Below are positions 8,434 through 16,348 of a stretch of DNA of 45,361 bases, in pieces. The DNA is from Thermoplasmata archaeon (GTDB lineage: Archaea > Thermoplasmatota > Thermoplasmata > Thermoplasmatales > ARK-15), in the NCBI GenBank assembly GCA_039794005.1, contig JBAMMA010000003.1, positions 1 to 45,361 of the forward strand, in the 5' to 3' direction. The notes beneath the pieces were generated by a model, which saw only the letters and a program-made list of their open reading frames with translations, made no database searches and was not told the origin of the DNA. How positions within the stretch are numbered: the first letter of the stretch is position 1; each line of letters begins with the position of its first letter. The translations under genes were made by a program, and so were the position numbers.

Positions 8434-10372
8434 GCTTACCAAAATTTTGATAATTTCGACAAACGATAATAAGGAAAAGGTTATTGAGTCCATACATGAT
8501 TTTGGGATGGTTCAGATTGAAAATGTTGATCCAAAATTAATAGAATCTTTGGGTCAAGGTAAGTTTCCAGAAGATTATAAAAGGATCAACGAGCTGCTAT
8601 TGAATTTTAAAAGTTTGGAAAAGGCCTTAGTACCTTTTAATAATGGAAAAAAATACAAATTTAAGAATTTTGATGATCTGATGGAAAAGATAAACTCTCT
8701 AAAAATATCTGAAAAGGTATTTAAAATAAAGGATGAATTGGATAGTATTAAGACCAGAAGAAGATATTTGGAAAACGAGATTGATAGCTTAAAAATACTA
8801 AGGAAATTTAATATAGATGCCGAAGATTTGATATCACAAACAATATCATTTTTCATTTTCAGGATAGATGAATCAAATTTTGATAATGTAATAAAAGAAT
8901 TTTCGAAGTTTGATGATATATCTTTTAAATATTCCGAGGATGAAATATACGATTTTATTGTAATATTCCCTAAATCAAAAGAACTGGATATTGTAGAAAT
9001 AATAAACAAAAATAAAGGCATAATATTGTCCTTAAATGAAATGGATGGAAAAACTGAAAATCTGTTAAAGAAACATGAAGATGAATTGAAAAGTCTCATG
9101 GAGATCGAAAAAAATCTTAAAAATGAGTTACTTGAAATATCCAGAGAATATTATAATTTTGTTGCTGCCATATCGGAGGAATTGGAAATACTCGCAAAGA
9201 AAAGGGAAATAATGCAAAGATTTGCAGATTCAGGAAACGTTTTTGCAGTATCAGGATGGATACCCGAGAGGGATAAAAATAAATTGGAAGATATAATAAA
9301 AAAGGTCACAGATTCCAGATATATCCTGATTGATGAAGGTGTAACTGAAGATCCTCCCACACTGTTGGAAAATCCAAAGACCTTTAAGTTCTTTGAATTT
9401 TTCATCAAGTTTTATTCTCTACCTCATTCATTAGAACTGGATCCAACAATTATCTTTGCAATAGTATTCCCAATATTTTTTGGCCTGATGGTAGGTGACG
9501 TGGGATATGCCATTGTTATATTAATGTTCAGTGTATGGCTTTATAGAAGGGTAACAAGACCACCAAAAAAGAGTATGATGCCGAAATTTTTGAGAAATTT
9601 TGGCAGAAGCATGATGTCTAACTGGTCTTGGTCAATGCTCGCTAGGGCAATGATATTTGGCTCAATATGGGGTATAATATTCGGAATTATCTTCAACGAT
9701 TATTTTGGAAAGCAATTGCCATACAATCCAATACTGGACCCAATAAACCAGGCTTCAAAACTATTACTGTTGACTGCATGGATAGGTGTAATATATGTTA
9801 ATTATGGATTGATATTGGGTGCAATCAATCATTATACTTATTATAAAGTTTACAAGGACAATGAGGAGGGAAAGAAACATTTAAGGGAAATGGTTGGCAG
9901 GATAGGTTGGATAATATTGTCATGGGGATTTACATTCTTCGGTCTATGGTTATTGAGATGGTCAATATTCAACTCTTTTACATTTGAAATCACAGGTATT
10001 TTATTCATAATTCTGGGAGCAGTTGTAATTTTATACGGAGAGGGTGTATACGCAGTAATGGAAATGGCTTCAATAATAAGTCACATATTGTCTTTTACAA
10101 GAATTATGGGTGTTTTATTAGCGGGGGTAATACTTTCATTTGTTCTCGATGAAATATTCACAAAGGCATGGAACCATGGAATTTTGCTGCACATAATATT
10201 TGCATTTATTGTGTTAATAATAGGCCATTCTGTGAATATATTGATTGCCATATTCGAGCCCGGAATTCAGGGAGCAAGGTTGCATTACGTTGAATTCTTC
10301 TCAAAATTCTTTAGGGGAAATGGAAAGCCATTCCAGCCATTCACATCAATTAGAAAATATACGGAGAAGTAA
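8405..10372 (+). CDS. atpI: A-type ATP synthase subunit I (a)
   Basis: GWIP, PPTLLENP, FFGLMVGDVGY, essential Arg in SFTRI, RLHYVEFFSKF; start may be TTG 8414. Confidence 0.96.
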   Translation: MVSLALRPVKLTKILIISTNDNKEKVIESIHDFGMVQIENVDPKLIESLGQGKFPEDYKRINELLLNFKSLEKALVPFNNGKKYKFKNFDDLMEKINSLKISEKVFKIKDELDSIKTRRRYLENEIDSLKILRKFNIDAEDLISQTISFFIFRIDESNFDNVIKEFSKFDDISFKYSEDEIYDFIVIFPKSKELDIVEIINKNKGIILSLNEMDGKTENLLKKHEDELKSLMEIEKNLKNELLEISREYYNFVAAISEELEILAKKREIMQRFADSGNVFAVSGWIPERDKNKLEDIIKKVTDSRYILIDEGVTEDPPTLLENPKTFKFFEFFIKFYSLPHSLELDPTIIFAIVFPIFFGLMVGDVGYAIVILMFSVWLYRRVTRPPKKSMMPKFLRNFGRSMMSNWSWSMLARAMIFGSIWGIIFGIIFNDYFGKQLPYNPILDPINQASKLLLLTAWIGVIYVNYGLILGAINHYTYYKVYKDNEEGKKHLREMVGRIGWIILSWGFTFFGLWLLRWSIFNSFTFEITGILFIILGAVVILYGEGVYAVMEMASIISHILSFTRIMGVLLAGVILSFVLDEIFTKAWNHGILLHIIFAFIVLIIGHSVNILIAIFEPGIQGARLHYVEFFSKFFRGNGKPFQPFTSIRKYTEK

Positions 10373-10373
10373 A

Positions 10374-11033
10374 ATGATATTAAAAATACTGAACGACAAC
10401 CAGCCCGGAAAGGGTTACAAGAATGGGTGGGGGCTATCAATTTTCATAGAATCTGGAGAAAAGAGAATATTGTTTGACACTGGTCCTGAAGAATCAATAC
10501 TAAAATATAATTCAGAAAAATTGGATGTGGATTTGAACAGTTTAGATTTTATATTTATTTCTCACAATCACTGGGATCATGTTGGAGGTGCTGGAGCAAT
10601 AAACAATAAAAATATTAGAGTATATACACCAGAAATATCGAAAGATATTGAAAATTTAGGATTCAAGCAGATAAAATTAGATACATTTTACAGAATATCA
10701 GAATACATCTATTCAACAGGGTCTTTTAAAAATGGCAAGATTCCAGAACAATCCTTGATAATAATTGAGAATGGTAAATTGTTCCTATTTGTTGGATGCA
10801 GTCATCCAGGAATCAGAAACATTGTTAAATTTGTTTTTGAAAAATTTGGAAGAATATACTATTTAATTGGTGGTTTTCATTCACCCCCAATATCTGAAAT
10901 TGAGGATTTAATCAATTTTCTTGATTATATATCGCCATGCCATTGCAGTGGCGATGAAACAAAGAACTATTTCAAGAAAAATTATCCCGAAAGATATATT
11001 GAAATAGATACCGGAAAAGTTTTGAAATTTTAA
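10374..11033 (+). CDS. MBL-fold metallo-hydrolase (COG1237/MJ0301-like)
   Basis: WGLSIFIE, LFDTG, SHNHWDHVGG, GCSHPG, GGFH, PCHCSG; ATG 10374. Confidence 0.88.
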   Translation: MILKILNDNQPGKGYKNGWGLSIFIESGEKRILFDTGPEESILKYNSEKLDVDLNSLDFIFISHNHWDHVGGAGAINNKNIRVYTPEISKDIENLGFKQIKLDTFYRISEYIYSTGSFKNGKIPEQSLIIIENGKLFLFVGCSHPGIRNIVKFVFEKFGRIYYLIGGFHSPPISEIEDLINFLDYISPCHCSGDETKNYFKKNYPERYIEIDTGKVLKF

Positions 11034-11998
11034 ATATTAATATGGAAATAATTGTGTATAAATGTACCCAGTATTAACGTAGCAAGAGCTGCAAAGAATG
11101 TCATGGAAGCATTCTCTATTGCGGACTTCAGAATTGAATTGTTTGTTAATAAAGCAATTATGGAACCTAAAATCGCCTCTGTAATTATAACAAGTGTAAA
11201 TGATACTATTATCGCTGTTATTCCGGAATAAAAGAAATAGGACAAAATTGGTATCGATGCACCTATTATGTAGAAAATTCCCGTGTAAAGGGCAGATTTG
11301 ATGGGATTTGCCACATTTTGCTCCTCGTGGCTTTTCCCGATAATCTTTTTGGTCCTTATTTTTGAATCGTTGTAATTTTTTTCAGCCTTGGAAGATAAAT
11401 ATGCGCCCAGGGACATGGATAGCGTTCCTGAAATTCCCACCAAAAATCCCCCAATTGCAACAAATATATGGTTTATTATAACGGGTGCGAGACCTGAAAC
11501 GCTTGCTAATACTTCTACCAGGCCATCCGATATTCCATAGACGGAATCCTTTATTCTATCGGTTCTTTCCTTTACTTCATAAGAACTTTGTTCAAAAAAA
11601 TCTTCATGCTCTGCCTCATCTTCGATGATTTTTTTCATTATTTCTCTTTCTTCATTTTCCAAATATCCAGAATCCAATATTTCATAATAATCACTTACTG
11701 TTCTGTTTTCAGATCTTTCAAAATATTTCAAGGTCAGATTAAGGCCGAATATTTTCCTAAATATTTTAGCTTTTTTAATTATTAAATTCGAAGATTTTAC
11801 TGGAATTTCAGCATTTCTCTTTTTTAAGAGATTTTTATAAAATTCTGCATGGTATTTTTCCATCATCGATAGGTTTTTCAATTTTTCAGAAAATGTCCTA
11901 TTTTTTTCGTTTTTTGCAAGCTCCTCGTAAATCTCTGAATCGTTTAGTTCTCCAATGTAATACTTTTTTATTTTCTTGATAAATTCATCATAATTCAT
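11030..11998 (-). CDS. Rubrerythrin/ferritin-like domain fused to a VIT1/CCC1 transporter (MbfA-like Fe/Mn exporter)
   Basis: N-terminal ExxH pairs (EKYH, EAEHE); C-terminal YGISDGLV and SMSLGAYLS VIT1 motifs; GGTGA SD before ATG 11998. Confidence 0.9.
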   Translation of the reverse strand: MNYDEFIKKIKKYYIGELNDSEIYEELAKNEKNRTFSEKLKNLSMMEKYHAEFYKNLLKKRNAEIPVKSSNLIIKKAKIFRKIFGLNLTLKYFERSENRTVSDYYEILDSGYLENEEREIMKKIIEDEAEHEDFFEQSSYEVKERTDRIKDSVYGISDGLVEVLASVSGLAPVIINHIFVAIGGFLVGISGTLSMSLGAYLSSKAEKNYNDSKIRTKKIIGKSHEEQNVANPIKSALYTGIFYIIGASIPILSYFFYSGITAIIVSFTLVIITEAILGSIIALLTNNSILKSAIENASMTFFAALATLILGTFIHNYFHINI

Positions 11999-12506
11999 TT
12001 TTATCACCTAAAAACAGTTCTAAATATGTTTTATTTTCTTTTTCCTTCAAATCGAGAATATTTACCAATTTTTCTATATCCTGTAAATAATTTTCATCAA
12101 AAATTTCCAATTCAATAAAATTTCCAAGATTTTCGACATGATCCAAGAGTATGTTCACATTCCAAATTCTATATTTTTTCCTTCTTTTTATAATATTTGC
12201 AATTTCCTTGAAATTCAACTTCTTTAATATATCAAATATATTTTCATCCACAATTGTTTCTATCTCCTCTCTGATCTTATAATCTGATTTTTTCCTGGGT
12301 CCTTTATACGTTAATAAAATTCCCCTTTCATATTTTCTAATCCTAATGGCCTCATCGGTTTTTGAAAAATCCTTACAAGGATGATTATAATAGAAATCGC
12401 TTTCAATAACCTCGCCTAAATATTCTGCTCCTAATTCAACGATCTTTTTTTCCAAATCGTCTATATTCTTTATTCTATATTTTACTTCTATTTCCATGTT
12501 TTTCAT
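11988..12506 (-). CDS. CYTH / class IV adenylate cyclase-like triphosphate tunnel metalloenzyme
   Basis: EIEVK N-terminal motif, LTYKGPR, REEIET, LGNFIELE, C-terminal TYLEL. Confidence 0.9.
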   Translation of the reverse strand: MKNMEIEVKYRIKNIDDLEKKIVELGAEYLGEVIESDFYYNHPCKDFSKTDEAIRIRKYERGILLTYKGPRKKSDYKIREEIETIVDENIFDILKKLNFKEIANIIKRRKKYRIWNVNILLDHVENLGNFIELEIFDENYLQDIEKLVNILDLKEKENKTYLELFLGDKNEL

Positions 12507-12987
12507 CTTCCCTCTTCTTTATTTCTGAAATCATTTTATCAATTTGATTAAGTCTTTCCTGAAGTGACCTGGCAAAGAATCTTATTAATAATGTTAATAT
12601 AATGCTAATTGCCAAAGCTATTATTATGGTTTCAATATTTAAATAGTTCATCCCAAAATATATTTTTTCAATTAATAAAATATCAATGAAATACATCAAA
12701 AATATTAAGACTGAAATAAAAAATGTAAGGAAAATAAAAATCATATATAATGCAACTGAATATATGAACAAGTATAGATAAGATTGTGAATATCCGAAAA
12801 ATGCAATAAATAGTCCGAGATAAGTTAAGAATGAAACGAATAAACCGGTTCCGATAATCCTTAGACTTTTAACATACACGCTAAATTCAAATGAAATTAA
12901 TATGGTCAATACAAGTAAAAAAATCACTATGGATGGTTGATTATTTATATAATTCAAATAATTTGATAAATCAAAATTGGATAACAT
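12475..12987 (-). CDS. Hypothetical multi-pass membrane protein
   Basis: About 4-5 hydrophobic segments and a charged C-terminal tail; overlaps both neighbours. Confidence 0.65.
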   Translation of the reverse strand: MLSNFDLSNYLNYINNQPSIVIFLLVLTILISFEFSVYVKSLRIIGTGLFVSFLTYLGLFIAFFGYSQSYLYLFIYSVALYMIFIFLTFFISVLIFLMYFIDILLIEKIYFGMNYLNIETIIIALAISIILTLLIRFFARSLQERLNQIDKMISEIKKREDEKHGNRSKI

Positions 12988-13460
12988 TATACTTCCTCCT
13001 TGATTATAATGCTTTTAAGCTTCAATTTCAATATTAAAAAGAATGTGATGATTGAAAATATAAATATTATTATAATAAAAATAGATGCAAAAATTGGATT
13101 GAAAATAACATTTTCAAAGAATTTGTAAAAAATCAGGGCGTATCCAAACATCATTATATTAACTATGGTTATTGAAAATGAATATTTAAACCCAAAGTAA
13201 AGGAATGGCATGAACACTAAAAATGCAATGATCATTATAACTTGCAATTTAATACCAAGATTTTGCATAATTCCAAGGAATATAAAAATTAAAATCAGGT
13301 ATCCCAATAAAAAGATCTGTGTAAAATATCTAGAAAATAATAACATGATAATTGCAATTATTATTATAATAATACCAAATATAAGGTCTCCATTTGAAAT
13401 AATATTAATCAAATAATTCAAGGCCATTGGCAATTTGCTATTTATTCCACTAAATATCAT
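12987..13460 (-). CDS. Hypothetical multi-pass membrane protein
   Basis: About 5 hydrophobic segments; TAATG stop/start overlap with the downstream ORF. Confidence 0.65.
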   Translation of the reverse strand: MIFSGINSKLPMALNYLINIISNGDLIFGIIIIIIAIIMLLFSRYFTQIFLLGYLILIFIFLGIMQNLGIKLQVIMIIAFLVFMPFLYFGFKYSFSITIVNIMMFGYALIFYKFFENVIFNPIFASIFIIIIFIFSIITFFLILKLKLKSIIIKEEV

Positions 13461-13504
13461 TAATATAAATAAATCAATTCTCCGATATATACTTTAAAGT
13501 AAAA

Positions 13505-13529
13505 TTTATAATTAATGTTACCACTAATT
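13505..13529 (+). promoter_or_regulatory. Candidate TATA box (TTTATAA) followed by an imperfect palindrome AATTAATG-TTAC-CACTAATT, putative DtxR/MntR operator
   Basis: 7/8 arm match, lying between the TATA box and the ATG of the metal regulator. Confidence 0.4.
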
Positions 13530-13535
13530 TAAAAT

Positions 13536-14183
13536 ATGGGTCACATTAATTATGTATTTGAAGATTATATTCTGACTATTTTTGAGCTCCAGGAAAGTTT
13601 TGGTGTTGCAAATATATCAAAAATTGGAGAAATTTTGAACATAACCCCTGGAGCTGTAAACGATGAAATAAAGAGGTTAGAAAAGGAAGGTATAATCATA
13701 AGAATACCCAGGAAGGGGATAATGTTAACCCAAAAGGGTTATAACATATCTAAGGATGTTGTCAGGAGACACAGGATTGCTGAAGCTTATCTATACTATT
13801 TTTTGAATGTTCCATGGGAGGAATGCCATAGATTGTCGCATCAATTTGAGCATGTTATAAAGGATGAAATAGAAAAATACATAATGGAAAAGATGAGTGA
13901 AATTAAATCATGCCCACATGGTAACAAATTTAATATAGATGAAAAAGGGAGTAATTTAAAATTGAATGAGGCTGAGACAAACAGGAAATATATTGTGGAA
14001 AGGATAACGTTTGAAGAAAAGGACATACTTTATAAATTTAAATCCATTGGCATTTTTCCCGGAAAATCAATTGAAATAGTTCAAAAGTTTGAGGATTATT
14101 CAATCGTAAAGACAGATAATGGAAAATTTCCAATCGATAATAGGGATTTAATGGTTATCAGGGTGGTACAATTATATGAATAG
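13536..14183 (+). CDS. DtxR/MntR-family metal-dependent transcriptional regulator with C-terminal FeoA domain
   Basis: EDY, winged HTH, RRHRIAE, FEH, CPHG, FeoA-like GIFPGKSIEI. Confidence 0.93.
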   Translation: MGHINYVFEDYILTIFELQESFGVANISKIGEILNITPGAVNDEIKRLEKEGIIIRIPRKGIMLTQKGYNISKDVVRRHRIAEAYLYYFLNVPWEECHRLSHQFEHVIKDEIEKYIMEKMSEIKSCPHGNKFNIDEKGSNLKLNEAETNRKYIVERITFEEKDILYKFKSIGIFPGKSIEIVQKFEDYSIVKTDNGKFPIDNRDLMVIRVVQLYE

Positions 14184-15381
14184 GCTATTAAAATATCTTT
14201 CACTCTTTGGCCCCGGCTGGATTGTTATGACTGCAGATGTAGATTTCCCCAGTGTCATAACAGCCCTTGTCTCTGGAGCTTCTTTCGGTCTCTCATTCAT
14301 ATGGGTAATGCTAATTCTGATAATTCCTCTATATTTTGTTCAAGAAAGCGTTGCCAGGATTGGGATTGCAACCAAAAAGGGTTTTATAAATATAGTTAAA
14401 GAAAATTACTCAAAAAATCAGATAAAGATCCTTACGCTAATATTTTCAATAATAAATGTCATAGGATTCGTTGGAGAATTCGCAGGTATATCATTTGCCC
14501 TGAGCTTTTTTGGAATACCTATTATAATATCTTTGTTATTTGTTATAATATTTCATACCATATTGATTTTAATGGGATCGTATAAAAAGGTTGAAAATTC
14601 CCTATTATTTATCACATTACTGTTGTTTTCATTTATAGTAATATCATTCTTTGTAAAACCATCACTTAAAATTCTTGATACAATTTTATCATTCAACTCA
14701 ATATTTTCCTATAGCTATTTATCTTTAATCGTTGCAAACATAGGTGCAGTAATAATGCCCTGGATGATATTTTACCAGGAATATGCAGTTATAGATAAAA
14801 ATCTTAAAAGAGAGGATCTTGAAATTGAAAGAAAAGAGACTTTGATAGGTGCTATCGTAAGCCAAATTTTAATGATTTCCATTATATATACATCTACAAT
14901 TTTATTTTATCCAGCAAAGGATTTCAACATTTCCGTTTCAAATTTTATAACTGTATTTAATAGGGCGAAGTTGGCAATATTTCCATACTTATTTTCGATA
15001 GGCATTGTTGGTGCGGGATTTCTATCAGGAGTTGTAATTTCACTATCTTCAGCATGGTCCATGGCGGATTTACTTGATTTTCCCGGAAGCTTAAATTTAC
15101 ACGTTAAGAAGGCAAAATTTTTTTATGGCATCTATTTCATAGAAATTATTCCAGCATCCATTATAATTCTACTATATCCAAAGTTTATTGATGTTATGGT
15201 GGATTCAATGATACTCAATACAGTATTGCTGCCAATACCTTTGTATTATACGATAAAGATATCATCAGACAAAAGCATCATGGGAGAACTGGTAAATTCA
15301 AAGCGCAGAGAATATGTGCTGTGGATAATATTCATTTCAATTAATATGAGCATAATATTTATGTTATTATCTATTATTTAA
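14176..15381 (+). CDS. NRAMP-family divalent metal transporter
   Basis: GPG...D in TM1, QE..ARIG, GAVIMPWM in TM6, about 11 TM segments, MGELVN C-terminus. Confidence 0.88.
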   Translation: MNRLLKYLSLFGPGWIVMTADVDFPSVITALVSGASFGLSFIWVMLILIIPLYFVQESVARIGIATKKGFINIVKENYSKNQIKILTLIFSIINVIGFVGEFAGISFALSFFGIPIIISLLFVIIFHTILILMGSYKKVENSLLFITLLLFSFIVISFFVKPSLKILDTILSFNSIFSYSYLSLIVANIGAVIMPWMIFYQEYAVIDKNLKREDLEIERKETLIGAIVSQILMISIIYTSTILFYPAKDFNISVSNFITVFNRAKLAIFPYLFSIGIVGAGFLSGVVISLSSAWSMADLLDFPGSLNLHVKKAKFFYGIYFIEIIPASIIILLYPKFIDVMVDSMILNTVLLPIPLYYTIKISSDKSIMGELVNSKRREYVLWIIFISINMSIIFMLLSII

Positions 15382-15425
15382 GAAATAACAAAATTTTAGT
15401 ATTTTAAATTAATAAAAAATAATGA

Positions 15426-15500
15426 GGGCGCATGGCCTAGCATGGATAGGGCGGCAGCCTCCTAAGCTGTAGGTCGGGGGTTCAAATCCCCCTGCGCCCG
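15426..15500 (+). tRNA. tRNA-Arg (CCT), no intron, CCA not encoded
   Basis: Acceptor GGGCGCA/TGCGCCC; anticodon arm GCAGC-CTCCTAA-GCTGT; T arm GGGGG-TTCAAAT-CCCCC. Confidence 0.96.
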
Positions 15501-15504
15501 TTAT

Positions 15505-15903
15505 ATGTATGAAATTGTAGAACATACGGCGGATATTGGATTGAAAATAAAATCTGACAGTCTTGAGAATGCTTTTAGGGAAGCTGCATTGGGGATGTTA
15601 TCCTTAATGATAGACATAGAAAAGGTAGAAAAAAAATTCAGTGTGGATGTAAATATAAAAGCAGACAATTTAGAATCTTTGCTGGTCAGATTTTTGACCG
15701 AAATTTTATATATATTTGAGGTGGAAAGGTTCGTATATTCAGATCTCAAGGTTGAAATAAAAGATAATTCTTTAAATGCGGAGCTTTTTGGTGAAAGTTA
15801 TAACAGATCTAAACACGGTTCTAAGCTGCTTATTAAAGCGGTAACATATCATATGATAAGCGTAAAGGAGAATGGTGAAATTTTTATTATCTTTGATATT
15901 TAA
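15505..15903 (+). CDS. Archease (RtcB tRNA ligase cofactor)
   Basis: EHTADIG N-terminal motif, IKAVTYH, C-terminal FDI. Confidence 0.95.
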   Translation: MYEIVEHTADIGLKIKSDSLENAFREAALGMLSLMIDIEKVEKKFSVDVNIKADNLESLLVRFLTEILYIFEVERFVYSDLKVEIKDNSLNAELFGESYNRSKHGSKLLIKAVTYHMISVKENGEIFIIFDI

Positions 15904-15904
15904 G

Positions 15905-16204
15905 TTACAATCCTAAAAGCTTTCTCGCCTCTTCACTTATCATATCGACGGACCATGGAGGATCCCAGACTAAATCGATCTTAACATTTTTTACACCCGG
16001 AAGAGATCTCAGCTTATTTTCTGCATCTGCTAAAATCCATGCGGTCAATGGGCATCCTGGCGTTGTCATTGTCATTTTTATGTATATTTCATCATCCTCT
16101 ATTTTAATTTCATAAACAAGACCCAGGTTGATTACGTCAAGCCCTATCTCAGGGTCTATGACAGTTTTTAATACATTCACTACATCATCCTTTGTTATCA
16201 TCAT
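15905..16204 (-). CDS. DUF59/SufT-like metal-sulfur cluster assembly factor
   Basis: DPEIGLDVINLGLVY, TMTTPGCP, VWDPPW; start moved to ATG 16204. Confidence 0.93.
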   Translation of the reverse strand: MMITKDDVVNVLKTVIDPEIGLDVINLGLVYEIKIEDDEIYIKMTMTTPGCPLTAWILADAENKLRSLPGVKNVKIDLVWDPPWSVDMISEEARKLLGL

Positions 16205-16348
16205 CGATATCAATTGTTTTATAAAATAATAAATTTTTGTCATTTTGAAGATTATAATAATAAATTTGGTATTTTATGACAAAAATTTAAATATTGGCTT
16301 ATGAATATAATATAATTGGCATACATAAAACTGACACGGTGATAAATT

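Noticed and set aside
11988-13460. CYTH plus two membrane proteins as a cyclic-nucleotide antiviral system
   Set aside because: CYTH is a widespread archaeal housekeeping family, no nucleotide-sensing effector domain is recognisable, and the context is metal homeostasis
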